From the NCBI GenBank assembly GCA_964490245.1, contig CAZBAF010000004.1, forward strand, positions 16,072 to 80,071: a DNA stretch of 64,000 nt. The letters are read 5' to 3'. Made by a program: the position numbers and the translations under genes. This DNA is from an uncultured Candidatus Saccharibacteria bacterium. Lineage in GTDB: Bacteria; Patescibacteriota; Saccharimonadia; Saccharimonadales; JACDBH01. The notes under the pieces were generated by a model. That model worked only from the letters and a program-made list of their open reading frames with translations, made no database searches and was not told the DNA's origin. Shown here piece after piece: positions 37,627 to 48,392 of the stretch (position 1 is the first letter of the stretch; each line of letters opens with the position of its first letter).

Positions 37627-39018
37627 ATGATCCGTAAAGCCCTCTATTCTTTGGCCTTTGGTCTTGGTGCGCCGATTATTACACTAAGCGCAACAGCAAA
37701 CGCGGCTACAGGAGGGGGCGAAGAAAGCGGAGGTCACACTGCCCATTTCGGGCTGGTTTTTGCGATGCTGGCCCTTGTTCTGGTCGCGGGTAAAATTGGT
37801 AATTTCGTAGAGCGTTTCGGGCAGCCTGCCGTCATCGGCGAGCTTCTTGCCGGTATCGTGTTGTCGGCAGCTGGGTATTTTGGCTGGCATTTTATTGATG
37901 AAGTTACCTCAAATACTGTCATTGCATTTGTGGCCAGCTTTGGCGCTCTATTGTTGCTGTTCTCGATCGGCCTTGAGTCAAATATGCAGGAGATGAAGAA
38001 GGTTGGGCTGAACGCGCTATTCGTTGCGCTCATCGGGGTAACTCTTCCCTTTATTCTTGGTACCTATCTTTTGGGACCGATTTTCTATGGCGACGCATCA
38101 GCCAATGCAAGGCTATTCCTCGGTGCCGCCCTGGTTGCGACGAGCGTGGGAATCACAGCTTCAGTATTCAGATCACTGAAAATCATACGATCCCGTGCGG
38201 CGCAGACAGTACTCGGTGCAGCGGTGATAGATGATGTACTTGGCTTGATAGTGCTGGCCGTGGTATCGGCTCTAGCGGCAGGGGGCACAGTCACTGTGAT
38301 TTCTGTGCTGGCTATCGCGCTGAAGTCATTCGGATTTCTTGCCGGCGCACTGTTGTTGGGAACGCTGCTCGCAAAGCAGCTGTCGTTTGTGTTCAGTAAG
38401 ATTAACAGCGGCATTGCCATGAAGCTGACATTTGCGCTTGGTTTTGCGTTGATGTTTGGGTATCTGGCAGAATTGTTCGGGTTAGAGCCAATTATCGGTG
38501 CGTTTGCAGCCGGCTTGCTGCTTGACCAGGTGCACTTTAATAACTTTGCCGATCCGCAAATCGTCCATGACTTAAAAGAGCTTGATTTCAAGGCACCAAA
38601 AGACCGTGAAGCTGTTTTGCGCCTCATCAATAAACACAAGCATGCACATATAGAGGATCTCATCTCAACAGTAAGCTTGATTCTTGTGCCCGTATTCTTT
38701 GTGTATACCGGCATGCAGATTGAGTTTGGTTCATTACTGCAGCCGAAACTCTACCTGATCGCTTTCGTGATCGCAGCGTTTGCGGTTGCGGGTAAGGTTG
38801 CAGCCGGACTGGCAGCCAAGGGCGATATGAAGGAAAAGCTTTTGGTCGGTGTATCAATGGTGCCGCGTGGTGAAGTCGGCCTTATTTTTGCGGCTACCGG
38901 AAAGGCGCTAGGTGTGCTTACGGATGAAATTTTCTCAGTGGTAGTAATTGTGGTTATCATTACTACCTTTGTGGCTCCGCCGCTTATAAAAAAGCTCGGA
39001 TCCAATGTGGTCAAATAG
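37627..39018 (+). CDS. Cation:proton antiporter (CPA2, Na+/H+ exchanger family)
   Basis: 463 aa with about 12 TM helices and GQPAVIGELLAGI. Confidence 0.8.
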   Translation: MIRKALYSLAFGLGAPIITLSATANAATGGGEESGGHTAHFGLVFAMLALVLVAGKIGNFVERFGQPAVIGELLAGIVLSAAGYFGWHFIDEVTSNTVIAFVASFGALLLLFSIGLESNMQEMKKVGLNALFVALIGVTLPFILGTYLLGPIFYGDASANARLFLGAALVATSVGITASVFRSLKIIRSRAAQTVLGAAVIDDVLGLIVLAVVSALAAGGTVTVISVLAIALKSFGFLAGALLLGTLLAKQLSFVFSKINSGIAMKLTFALGFALMFGYLAELFGLEPIIGAFAAGLLLDQVHFNNFADPQIVHDLKELDFKAPKDREAVLRLINKHKHAHIEDLISTVSLILVPVFFVYTGMQIEFGSLLQPKLYLIAFVIAAFAVAGKVAAGLAAKGDMKEKLLVGVSMVPRGEVGLIFAATGKALGVLTDEIFSVVVIVVIITTFVAPPLIKKLGSNVVK

Positions 39019-39195
39019 CACCAGGTCTCATCCATGCCCTGCTGCTGGATTGCCGCCGGTACCTAATATGCAGTAAGAGAACTTGGCGTGCTAATAATGC
39101 AGGAATAAAGCAGGCGGAGTTGTTTACTTAAAGTATTTGCAATTCTACGGATAAACCACTATTGTAAATGCATAAATAAACGGAGGGTTTCTGTA

Positions 39196-39948
39196 ATGAC
39201 AGTGCGATCAAGGATCGCGATGTTGACGGCGGAATTTTTGGGTACAGCTGTACTCGCGACCGTCATGATTAACGTATCGCGTTCACAAATCGGCATCGGC
39301 TATTTTGTCGCTATTGCCGCGGGTGGTGCGTTGGCGTTTCTGACGCTGGTGCTGGGGTCTGCTTCGGGCGGCCATTTTAACCCGGCAGTGACCATTGGTC
39401 TGTGGACCCTGCGCCGTATACAAACCGTTCAAGCCATAGCCTATCTGGCCGTACAGATGTTGGGTGGTTTGGCAGCGTGGCAGCTGGCCAATTACTTCAT
39501 TGGCGGCGAGTTGCGCAGTATTGCAGGTAACGAGTTTGACTGGCGCGTGCTGGTCGCTGAAGCTGTTGGTATGGCGGTCTTTACGTTTGTAGTGGCGGCA
39601 GCCGTGTACCAGAAGTACGAAGGCGGCAGGGCTGCGGCGCTTATCGGCGGCGGCTTCTTCCTGGGTATCATCGTGGCTTCACTGGCCTCGAACGGTATAC
39701 TGAACCCGGCGGTGGCATTGGGCAACCAGTCGTGGTCACGGGCATATATCTTTGGTCCGATTATCGGTGGCGTCATTGGTATGAACCTGTATGTTCTGTT
39801 GTTTGCACCGGCCCGCGCGCTGGTTTCGGGTGCGGTTGCTTCAAGTGCCGGTACGACAGCAAATGCCAAGACAAAAACGACTGCGGTCGCCAGCAAGGCC
39901 AAAAAGACCGTAAAGCGCAAAACAACCACTTCGCGTAAAAAGAAGTAA
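39196..39948 (+). CDS. MIP family channel (aquaporin/glycerol facilitator) with a Lys-rich tail
   Basis: 250 aa with two NPA boxes (GGHFNPAVT, ILNPAVA). Confidence 0.85.
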   Translation: MTVRSRIAMLTAEFLGTAVLATVMINVSRSQIGIGYFVAIAAGGALAFLTLVLGSASGGHFNPAVTIGLWTLRRIQTVQAIAYLAVQMLGGLAAWQLANYFIGGELRSIAGNEFDWRVLVAEAVGMAVFTFVVAAAVYQKYEGGRAAALIGGGFFLGIIVASLASNGILNPAVALGNQSWSRAYIFGPIIGGVIGMNLYVLLFAPARALVSGAVASSAGTTANAKTKTTAVASKAKKTVKRKTTTSRKKK

Positions 39949-39977
39949 AACAGCGCTTTTAAGTCCAGGCGTTAACC

Positions 39978-40007
39978 AAAAACTCCCCTTTTGCAGGGGA
40001 GTTTTTA
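39978..40007. terminator. Bidirectional rho-independent terminator
   Basis: AAAAACTCCCC-TTTTGCA-GGGGAGTTTTT. Confidence 0.65.
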
Positions 40008-40061
40008 TAATCGCTGGGGTTTTAAACCGCCGGTGGTTCTATGCCGAGCTTTAGGCAGAAT

Positions 40062-40505
40062 CTAGAAATGGACGAGCTCCCGCTTGGCCAGGCTAAGGTC
40101 ACGAGAGGCCTTGATGGTATTCAATCCATTACCAGGCTCCTCCTCAGCTGCCCGGACGTAGGCCTGCTTGATATTGGGGTACTCTCTTTTAAACGCTCGT
40201 GTGCGTTCGGTCACGCCGCTATCGTTCATATAAAGCCTCAGAGGCTGAGGAGAGCGCTTTAAATTCTCATCAACAATAAAAAACAGTTTGACCAGCCAGA
40301 ATCCATGCCTGCCCGTTCTTTCTGCCCGCTCGCCGCAGGCAACCGGTGTCGACAAGGCGTCAGCGCCGGCAACTGCCGGACGGTTGTATAACAGCATAAG
40401 TGTGTAGGTTTCATCGACCACAAGCTGATCCGGAGCCTGGCGCTCATGAAAGTATTGCTGGTATTCTTCGATACTGCATCTGCGGGGTCCGTCGATACTC
40501 TTCAT
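40062..40505 (-). CDS. Hypothetical protein
   Basis: 147-aa ORF with no recognised family. Confidence 0.5.
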   Translation of the reverse strand: MKSIDGPRRCSIEEYQQYFHERQAPDQLVVDETYTLMLLYNRPAVAGADALSTPVACGERAERTGRHGFWLVKLFFIVDENLKRSPQPLRLYMNDSGVTERTRAFKREYPNIKQAYVRAAEEEPGNGLNTIKASRDLSLAKRELVHF

Positions 40506-40620
40506 AGAATATGACTATATAACATTATTTGATGAAAGGCAAAAGTAACTTACCTGATTTGCGAGGTCTATAAGGGTTATCGGGAAAAAGCACGCATGGT
40601 CAGGAGTCGGCAACCGCCGC

Positions 40621-40968
40621 TTAAAGTTCGGTGTATTTTTTATGGTTGCCTTTGGCTTTTTCGACGGCGTATTTTTTCTCGTTTTTGGTCATTTTTTCTT
40701 CAAAACTTTTATTGAGATCAATGCCCAGATCGTGGGACATCAACAACACCCAATACAGTACATCGACCAGTTCTTCGCCCAGGTCGGCGCGGTGTTTAGT
40801 AAGATGCTTGTCGATCTCTGGCGGCGTTTTCCACTGAAAATGCTCGATAACCTCGGCAGTCTCGAGTACCAGGGACAGCGCCATATCCTTAGGGGTATGG
40901 AATTGCTTCCAGTCACGCGCATTACGAAAATCAACCACGCGCTGCTGCATTTGTGCCAAGCTGCTCAT
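40621..40968 (-). CDS. MazG-like nucleotide pyrophosphohydrolase (dCTPase-like)
   Basis: 115 aa with F...RDW.QFH.PK....L..E..E..E.FQW and GEEL.DVL.Y. Confidence 0.75.
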   Translation of the reverse strand: MSSLAQMQQRVVDFRNARDWKQFHTPKDMALSLVLETAEVIEHFQWKTPPEIDKHLTKHRADLGEELVDVLYWVLLMSHDLGIDLNKSFEEKMTKNEKKYAVEKAKGNHKKYTEL

Positions 40969-41040
40969 TATTGCCTCCTGTTTGCAGGTATTCTAGCCGG
41001 TTTTGGGTAGATTTACCAAGTCGTGTCCTATGTAAAGCGG

Positions 41041-41070
41041 CAACAAAAAACCGCCCTGTTCAGGCGGCAA
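41041..41070 (-). terminator. Rho-independent terminator
   Basis: The minus strand reads GCCGCC-TGAACAG-GGCGG followed by TTTTTTGTT. It lies downstream of 41182..41814. Confidence 0.55.
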
Positions 41071-41181
41071 AAGCGGGTATTCATACCCCTATCTTTTTAT
41101 TGTAGCACACTGTAAATAATTTGTCAAGTAAGAGAGATATTTTAAGGTCTAAACAGGGGTAATTTGCCAGTCCTTGTCGCT

Positions 41182-41814
41182 TTATGCCCTCCAGCGTAAC
41201 GGATCATCCCAGTTGAGATTGGCAGTCTCGGCCTCGACGATTCTGTTTATAGCGCGATGGTGCTCTATGGTCGCCTGCCACGCCTGGTCCAGTAGGCAGA
41301 CGGTAAAGCCTGCCCCGTAAAAGGCAATTTTGCCCATGCTTCTATCATTGTTGATAACGGTAAAAAAGGATTCGACAGCGTCGATCTGCACCTGGAATTC
41401 GGGGTGGGCGTTATATCCGGAGTGTGCCATTGCATCAACGGTCTGAACGACCTGTCGCCGGTTGTCAGACCTTAGGTCGTCAGGCAATTCGGCGTCGGCA
41501 AGCCGGCGCAGCGTTGCCTCGCGCAATACACTGGTCGTGTTAGAATCTGCAAATGCCAGACAGGCCAGGCCGCCGGCTTCCGTAAATATATCGCGCCGCC
41601 AGTCCTCAATGGCAGGTCCCGCATCAGGTATCAGCAGTTCGGCGGCCGTCTGGATAGGTAGTCTGCAATCGTGTCGTTCCAGGCATTCAGCAGCAGCTAT
41701 AAGAGTTAGTCTCGGATCACTCTCGAAGTTCCGGCCTACTTGGCCAAATTGATCCAAGCTGTACCGTTCAGGCAATGCATCACTCATAATGAAATATATT
41801 ATACCAACAAACAT
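41182..41814 (-). CDS. Hypothetical protein
   Basis: 210-aa ORF with no recognised family. Confidence 0.5.
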   Translation of the reverse strand: MFVGIIYFIMSDALPERYSLDQFGQVGRNFESDPRLTLIAAAECLERHDCRLPIQTAAELLIPDAGPAIEDWRRDIFTEAGGLACLAFADSNTTSVLREATLRRLADAELPDDLRSDNRRQVVQTVDAMAHSGYNAHPEFQVQIDAVESFFTVINNDRSMGKIAFYGAGFTVCLLDQAWQATIEHHRAINRIVEAETANLNWDDPLRWRA

Positions 41815-41887
41815 AAAAAAAGCAATACCTATTCTCTTAACATTTATAAACCCTTGTACTGAAACAGTCTGCTACAATACCGGCAGT

Positions 41888-42685
41888 ATGGCGGAGCAGG
41901 ATTTATCGTTATTGCTGCGGTATGTAACCGAAGAGACCGACGGTGTTGACCCTGATGACTGGCCGGTTAAGTTATTGAACGAACTGGCCTTTGATGTCTT
42001 GCCTCAGGGTATGCGCGTGCAGCTTCTTGGCAATAGGTATTACGAGGTGCGCGGTGCGAATGAGTCGGATGCGGCGATGACGGCACATATCGGACAGGTT
42101 TCTTTAGGGGGTTACTTTATGGGGCTGCAACGGGTTCGGTACACTGATTATCTTGAGGCCGATATCAGGTACGAAGTCAACGAACTGACGGTAAGGGTTA
42201 ATGCGGGCGATAATATAACAGCGCTGGTGCCGGTCCAGGATCTTCTGGTGTTTGAGGCGGACACGCTCAAAGCAGCCGAGGTGCTTGATGGTGATGACGA
42301 GCTGGCTAAGGAAATAGATCTAATGATCGTAAACGGGACAATTGATCTGGCCGGACTCAGTAAGCTGTTTGCGGGCCTCAATCCCGAAGACATGCGTACG
42401 CAGCTGTACCTGGACTATTTGAACGAAGCACTTTATTTACCGGATATTATTAGTCGTATGGTTGCCAATAGACTCCTCTACCTTGAGGGCGAAGAGCCTG
42501 TCGAGCCAGGTGCTGGGTCGGTACGGATTGTGACACCGGATAGGGGCAGATCATTTACTGCGGTGGGTGCGACGTATGATGATGGCAGTCAACAGCTGAT
42601 TTTGTGCGCAAACGCGCGGACAGGTAATGATGAGCTGGTAAAGGTGCCTGTAGAGGATATTTCACAAATTATTAAAGCAGTTTAG
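41888..42685 (+). CDS. Hypothetical protein
   Basis: The ORF runs from 41789, but that start overlaps the divergent gene, so Met34 (MAEQDL...) is more plausible. Confidence 0.5.
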   Translation: MAEQDLSLLLRYVTEETDGVDPDDWPVKLLNELAFDVLPQGMRVQLLGNRYYEVRGANESDAAMTAHIGQVSLGGYFMGLQRVRYTDYLEADIRYEVNELTVRVNAGDNITALVPVQDLLVFEADTLKAAEVLDGDDELAKEIDLMIVNGTIDLAGLSKLFAGLNPEDMRTQLYLDYLNEALYLPDIISRMVANRLLYLEGEEPVEPGAGSVRIVTPDRGRSFTAVGATYDDGSQQLILCANARTGNDELVKVPVEDISQIIKAV

Positions 42686-45534
42686 TTTTCTGATAGCGGC
42701 GGATGCAGGCAGTAGTCATGCAGTTTGCCTGGCAGGAAGTCGCCGGTTTTAAAGCATTCGGCGGCTTTGCTCAGGCGCGTCACCAGGCCGTCAATGCCGC
42801 GCTGGGTCTTCTTGACTTGCCCTATCAGGTTGGTGTCGACAAATTCCAGCGACAATCTGGCCGGCAGTTGACCGTCGTGCTGCAGTTGCCAGGCCAGTGC
42901 GTACATGGTCAGCTGGGCGCTGGCCGCGGCGCGCCGGTTGGCCTTTTCCTGATCGCGTACGCCATCACCGGTTTTGTAGTCGCGGATTTCAATGCTGTCT
43001 TCGTCGCCCAGCACGACATCCAGCCGGCCGTACAGGACAATGCTGCCCGGAAGCTCGACTTCAAAATCCTGCTCGACAAACAAGGGCGCGGGGTTTTGTT
43101 GGCAGTTATTATAAAAATTAGACAAAGTCGTTTTGGCGCGGGCCAGCGCCCGCTCCTGTTGCTGCCGTGATACATAGCCGGCCTTTTGCCAGCCGGCTTC
43201 AAGCTGCTGCAGCAGGGGTTCCAGCGGCGGCAGCGTGCCCTGCTGACGGGCCTTATTGAGCTGTTCAAAAAAGCCGTGCAACTGTGTGCCGTACGAGGTG
43301 CGGACGGTGGCTTCCTCTGGCGCTTTTAGCACAAACTTGTAGTAAAAGTTAAGCGGGCATTCCAGTAGCGCCGATGCCTGGCTGACGCTCAGGCGAATTC
43401 TTTCTCCGTCGTATAGATTTGCCGGAATTGCGACCTTTGGCACAGGATCGATGGGGATATCGAGCAGGGACTGCTGCTGCCCGGTGACCGGATCGCTTAT
43501 CGGCACTGATTCGGCCGTACCGGCACCGAACGCCTCATCAATAAAGCGCGATGGTTTGCGGCTGGTGCCGGTCTTGCTTTTGCCGGCAAAACTAAGCATG
43601 AGGTTCTGGCGTGCGCGGGTTAGCGCCACGTACATCAGCCGGCGCTCCTCGGCATAGTGTTCGTCGGCCGGGCTGGTCGAAGCGGCGCGCAGTGCCTCAG
43701 GCAGCTGCAATCCCCCGCCCCGTCTGGTCCACGGGAACGAGCCTTCCACGAGACATGGCAGATAGACCGTTTGCCACTCCAATCCTTTGGCTTTATGAAT
43801 CGTGGTGACCGTGACCTCGCCGTCCGGGATGTTAAGCGTGCCGTCCTCGGTGGTTTCGCCAGCCGCCATAAGGGCCGGCAGCGACACCAGATACTGTGCG
43901 GTTGTCGGTTGGGTGGCAATGGACTCGAACTCGCGCAGCGAATCAAAAAATTGCTTAAGATGCTGAATGCTGGCAGCGGCCTGGTCATCGTCCGATGCGC
44001 GCGTCAACAGACGGTCTTTGTAGCCGGTCTCGCCGATGCCCCGCCATAACAGCCGGCCGACCGAGACACTTGCGGCGTCCTCACGCAAGCTATTGATAAG
44101 GGTGACGGCGCGCAAAATCTCTTGCGAGTCGCTGGCCGCCAGCAGGTCCTCAAGCCGTTCGTGTTCGTAGCGGGCCTGCGAAGCAAATGGCGCGATCAGT
44201 TCGTTACTGATGGTGAAAAGATCGCTGACCAGGGTGTGGTGCAGGCTGGCGTTGTTGTTTGGTTCGGCCAGTGTGCGGGCAAACTCCAGCAGCATGCGTA
44301 CCACCGGCCGGGTGTAGAGATCCTGGCTGGCCCCGACAACACGGTGCTGGACACCGGCTACCAGAAGCGCGTCATGCACCTGCCGGGCAATGGGGTTGCT
44401 GCGGGTCAGGACAGCGATTTGGCCCGGGTCGTCGCCGGCCGCAATGCGGGCCGCAATGTCGGTTGCCAGCCACTCCAGTTCGTCATTGATGTCATTAAAC
44501 CGTTTTATAAGCGGCGCCTGCCCTGTCTGATCAGAGGTTAGAACTTTGTTAATGCCCAGGGAGGCTTCGAGCCGGTTGGGATTATTGTACTGAATAAGCC
44601 GGTAGGCTGCGTCCAGGATGGCCTGATGGCTGCGGTAATTTTGGGTCAGCGCGGCCTCTGCGGCGTCGGGATAACGCTCTTTAAAACTGAGAATATTCTG
44701 CAGGGTGGCACCGCGAAAACCATAGATAGACTGGTCGTCATCGCCGACTACGATAAGATTCTGCCGGCCGTTAACCAGCAGATCGATCAGGCGCGACTGC
44801 ATGGGGTTAGTGTCCTGGAACTCGTCAATAAAAAGGGTATGAAACCGCTGCTGCAGGGTTTTACGGACATTGGGGCGGGTTTCGAGCAGCTGAATCGGCA
44901 GATAAATCTGATCGTCATAATCGATGACGTTCTCGGTACGGGTAAGGCGCATGTAGGTGGCATAGGCGCCTGAGAGCTCCTGATGCTTTTTCTTTTCGAG
45001 CGACTGCGCTTCGTCGTTTTGCGGCAGGCTGTCGGCATAGGACTGGTAAGTTTCGGGCGTAATAATATGCTGTTTTAGCTGACTGAACAGGCTGAGAATA
45101 TCCTCAATAATGCCGTCCGGCGATGCGGCCAGGGGCAGAAAGTAGTCCAGGCCGAACTCGTCGATGCGCTCGCGGAAAAAGATAATCTGTGCCTGCGGGC
45201 CGATCAGGCGAAAATTGTGCGGAATACCGATGTCGGTGCCAAACTCGCGCAGCAGGCTTTCGCCAAAGCCGTTAAAAGTCATAACGGCCAGATCGGCATG
45301 AAATCCGCTGCGTGCCATTAAAATGCGGTCCAGCATTTCGGCAGCGGCCTTTTCGGTAAAGGTAACCGCCAGGATGGCGGACGGCGGCACGCCTTCGTCC
45401 AACAGTTTGTTGATTTTCTCGACAATGACGCGGGTTTTGCCGGTGCCGGCTCCGGCCACGACCAACAACGGTCCCGACTGATGGTCGACAACCTGCTGCT
45501 GACCCGAATTGAGCGCGAAAACTTCCTCTGCCAT
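42682..45534 (-). CDS. UvrD/PcrA-type ATP-dependent helicase fused to a C-terminal PD-(D/E)xK (AddB/Cas4-like) nuclease domain
   Basis: 950 aa with the Walker A motif AGAGTGKT, FIDEFQD, VGDDDQSIY and TIHKAKGLEW. The C-terminus has GRLD...IRDYKTG. Confidence 0.8.
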   Translation of the reverse strand: MAEEVFALNSGQQQVVDHQSGPLLVVAGAGTGKTRVIVEKINKLLDEGVPPSAILAVTFTEKAAAEMLDRILMARSGFHADLAVMTFNGFGESLLREFGTDIGIPHNFRLIGPQAQIIFFRERIDEFGLDYFLPLAASPDGIIEDILSLFSQLKQHIITPETYQSYADSLPQNDEAQSLEKKKHQELSGAYATYMRLTRTENVIDYDDQIYLPIQLLETRPNVRKTLQQRFHTLFIDEFQDTNPMQSRLIDLLVNGRQNLIVVGDDDQSIYGFRGATLQNILSFKERYPDAAEAALTQNYRSHQAILDAAYRLIQYNNPNRLEASLGINKVLTSDQTGQAPLIKRFNDINDELEWLATDIAARIAAGDDPGQIAVLTRSNPIARQVHDALLVAGVQHRVVGASQDLYTRPVVRMLLEFARTLAEPNNNASLHHTLVSDLFTISNELIAPFASQARYEHERLEDLLAASDSQEILRAVTLINSLREDAASVSVGRLLWRGIGETGYKDRLLTRASDDDQAAASIQHLKQFFDSLREFESIATQPTTAQYLVSLPALMAAGETTEDGTLNIPDGEVTVTTIHKAKGLEWQTVYLPCLVEGSFPWTRRGGGLQLPEALRAASTSPADEHYAEERRLMYVALTRARQNLMLSFAGKSKTGTSRKPSRFIDEAFGAGTAESVPISDPVTGQQQSLLDIPIDPVPKVAIPANLYDGERIRLSVSQASALLECPLNFYYKFVLKAPEEATVRTSYGTQLHGFFEQLNKARQQGTLPPLEPLLQQLEAGWQKAGYVSRQQQERALARAKTTLSNFYNNCQQNPAPLFVEQDFEVELPGSIVLYGRLDVVLGDEDSIEIRDYKTGDGVRDQEKANRRAAASAQLTMYALAWQLQHDGQLPARLSLEFVDTNLIGQVKKTQRGIDGLVTRLSKAAECFKTGDFLPGKLHDYCLHPPLSEN

Positions 45535-45649
45535 ATATATCTATTGTACCTTTATCTGCCCGCCGGGGCGAACAAGCCATAGTAATATACCTGCCTGTCC
45601 GGCGCAATAGGTTGCGATTATTCTATAATAGTTCACAATAGTATTTATT

Positions 45650-46120
45650 ATGTCGGAGACACAGACACATCAATTATCGGTTGTTGAAATTGCTGAGGGC
45701 TATATCGCGCCTGAGTTTAAACCGCAGCTGCCTATTGATATGGTTCTGAGACCGCATCAAGAGTATTTTCGCAAATGGCAGTTTCCGATATTTGGAACGC
45801 CTGCGCCAACGTATGATCGCGGACTGGCGGCTGCTGTGTGGCTGCCTGACTTGTCTATCAGGACTACCAACGATAGTGACCTGCCGGTGATTGCCGTGTC
45901 GACCCCAAATATTTCAGAAAAAACCCCATCGCCTGAAAGCGCGCACTGGTTTGTTGGTTCGCTGCACCCTGAAGAGGCCGAAAAGGCTCGAAAATGCGGC
46001 GGCTACACTATGTCACTTATGGCTGTTGAGGTGGCTGTCTTTGGGCCCCTGTCACTCGAGAGGGCGTTCAGTCATCTTGGTCAGCATGTACGGGCGTGCT
46101 ATGTGATCGGTTCTTCATAA
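45650..46120 (+). CDS. Hypothetical protein
   Basis: 156-aa ORF with no recognised family. Confidence 0.5.
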   Translation: MSETQTHQLSVVEIAEGYIAPEFKPQLPIDMVLRPHQEYFRKWQFPIFGTPAPTYDRGLAAAVWLPDLSIRTTNDSDLPVIAVSTPNISEKTPSPESAHWFVGSLHPEEAEKARKCGGYTMSLMAVEVAVFGPLSLERAFSHLGQHVRACYVIGSS

Positions 46121-46521
46121 TCGCGCAGGTACGCGATGCAGTCCATCAGCTGGTTGGGGTCGCTGGCCAGGTCTATCTGGATCCATGAGGCCAGCATGTT
46201 ATAGCTGCGCAGCACTTGGCGTTCTTCAGGGAACAGTTCGTCGTCAAACCACAAAAACGGCTCGCGCCAGTTGATGGCGTCGGTTTTCCACTCGTGCCAG
46301 TCGGTGGGCCTGACCCGCTTTATGAGCTGGGCAGTGTGCGGTCGGAGTACCGGACGCAGCACATCAACCGCCCGGTTCTGGCCGCGCCAGCAGTGACTGC
46401 TCAGCCAATAGGTAGTGTCCGGCCATCTGCTCAGCACCAGCTGCAAAAAGTCATCAGCAAAAGGTGCTGCCCTGCTATCGCCGGTGCGCAGTACGCCGTC
46501 AATCCCGAGATAAATATTCAT
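46099..46521 (-). CDS. Hypothetical protein (HAD-like N-terminal DGV motif; weak)
   Basis: 140 aa starting MNIYLGIDGVL. Confidence 0.4.
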   Translation of the reverse strand: MNIYLGIDGVLRTGDSRAAPFADDFLQLVLSRWPDTTYWLSSHCWRGQNRAVDVLRPVLRPHTAQLIKRVRPTDWHEWKTDAINWREPFLWFDDELFPEERQVLRSYNMLASWIQIDLASDPNQLMDCIAYLRDYEEPIT

Positions 46522-46574
46522 TTCCCTAAGTATAAGGCAGTTTACCTGCAGGTAGGGTATAATCAGGCACGATA

Positions 46575-47267
46575 ATGCTTAAGCTTAACAACCGGCTTTT
46601 TTGTTTCTCGCCGCCCGTCATGCTGGCAACTTTTTTAATTGAGATTGTGCTGCTTGTTTATGCGCTGTGGCGCTATAGGCTGACGCCGGTGACTCGCTTG
46701 GCCGGCCTGTTGCTGTTCTTTTTGGCGGCGTTTCAGTTTGCCGAGTATATGATCTGCGGGGCTTTAGGGCTGACGGGCGTGGAGTGGGCGCGTTTTGGCT
46801 TTGCCGCTATTACCCTGCTGCCGCCGCTGGGCCTGCACCTGGCTTTGACGCTTGCCAAAAAACGCCTGCCGTGGCTGCTTGCCCTGGCTTATGCCAGCGC
46901 CGGGTTCTTTTTGTATTTCTTTGTGTTTGTTGCCGGTTCTCTTTACGGCGAGGAATGCCGACCCAACTATGTGGTTTTTCATGTGCGGGACTGGCTGGTG
47001 TATCTGTATAGCGGCTATTATTACGGCTGGCTGCTGCTTACGACCGGCTTGTCGCTGCGTTGGGCGCGGCACAGCCGGTATGGCCGTCAGCTGCGGGCTT
47101 TGGCAGTCGGCTATGCCGCGTTTATTGTACCGGTGACACTGGCTACTATACTTAATCCGTCAACGATTGCCGGAATCCCATCAATCATGTGCGGTTTTGC
47201 TGTGCTGATGGCGCTGGCGCTGGTGGGCTGGGTGCTGCCCGGCGCTGCCCCGATACGCAAGAAGTAG
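46575..47267 (+). CDS. Multi-pass membrane protein (hypothetical)
   Basis: 230 aa with about 7 hydrophobic segments. Confidence 0.6.
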   Translation: MLKLNNRLFCFSPPVMLATFLIEIVLLVYALWRYRLTPVTRLAGLLLFFLAAFQFAEYMICGALGLTGVEWARFGFAAITLLPPLGLHLALTLAKKRLPWLLALAYASAGFFLYFFVFVAGSLYGEECRPNYVVFHVRDWLVYLYSGYYYGWLLLTTGLSLRWARHSRYGRQLRALAVGYAAFIVPVTLATILNPSTIAGIPSIMCGFAVLMALALVGWVLPGAAPIRKK

Positions 47268-47291
47268 CACATCTGTTATTATGTATGCCGG

Positions 47292-48305
47292 ATGAGCGAT
47301 GGACTGTATGATTTTGAACTGCCTGACGAACTGATCGCCCAGGTGCCGGCCCGGCCGCGTGATCACGCCCGCCTGCTGGTGTACCGGTTGGCGGACGGCA
47401 GCATCACGGACACGGTATTTTATGAGCTTGAGCAGTATTTGCCGGCGGACACGACGCTGGTGATTAACGACAGCAAGGTCGAGCACTGCCGCCTGCTCTT
47501 TAACGGCGGTGCCACAGAGATTTTTATAGTAGAAAAAAACGACCCGGTCACCGTGCGGGCGATGGTGCGGCCGGGCCGCAAATTTAAACTTGGTGCAATG
47601 GTTGATCTGACCGATTGGCTGCGGGCTGAAGTACTGGCAATAGACGGCGAGGGCATGCGTACGCTGCGCCTGAATGTTCAGCACGATGACAGCAGGCTGA
47701 AAAATCACGAGCACGTTCCCCTGCCGCCGTATATCAGGCAGGACGACAATCTGGCGGATGAGTACCAGACAGTGTATGCAGACCCCGCGGGCAGTCTGGC
47801 GGCGCCGACGGCCGGTTTGCATTTTACTGACCAACTGTTGGCGGCGATCCGGCACAATCATGAGGTGGCGCAAGTGACGCTGCACGTTGGTCTGGGCACA
47901 TTTGCCAAGCTGACAGACGACAATCTGCAGACAGGCCGCCTGCACCGTGAGCGATATGAGGTTGATGAGGCTGCGCGCACAATCCTGGAGCGCTCAACGC
48001 ATCGTACTGCAGTCGGCACCACATCGGTGAGGACGCTGGAGACATTCTATAAAGACAAATCACAGACCCGAGGCGATACGGATATTTTTATTCGGCCAGG
48101 CTATTCATTTACGGCCGTTGACAGTATGATTACCAACTTTCACCTGCCGGGCACCAGTCTGCTGATGCTGGTGGCGGCATTGATTGCCGATAAGAGAAAT
48201 CTGCCCGAGCCTGAGGCTGCAGCCGAGCTGCAGCGGATTTACAGACATGCCGTAAATCAGCGCTATCGTTTTTATTCGTTTGGCGACGCCATGCTATTGG
48301 TTTGA
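47292..48305 (+). CDS. queA: S-adenosylmethionine:tRNA ribosyltransferase-isomerase
   Basis: 337 aa with FELPDELIAQ.P...RD..RLLV, PLPPYI and TAGLHFT. Confidence 0.9.
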   Translation: MSDGLYDFELPDELIAQVPARPRDHARLLVYRLADGSITDTVFYELEQYLPADTTLVINDSKVEHCRLLFNGGATEIFIVEKNDPVTVRAMVRPGRKFKLGAMVDLTDWLRAEVLAIDGEGMRTLRLNVQHDDSRLKNHEHVPLPPYIRQDDNLADEYQTVYADPAGSLAAPTAGLHFTDQLLAAIRHNHEVAQVTLHVGLGTFAKLTDDNLQTGRLHRERYEVDEAARTILERSTHRTAVGTTSVRTLETFYKDKSQTRGDTDIFIRPGYSFTAVDSMITNFHLPGTSLLMLVAALIADKRNLPEPEAAAELQRIYRHAVNQRYRFYSFGDAMLLV

Positions 48306-48392
48306 CGAGCATCAAGATGCTTGTGCATAAGTAATTGCAAAGTCATGAACGCAAAGCTATGCTTAATACAAACATAAGGAGGATTTCTTGTA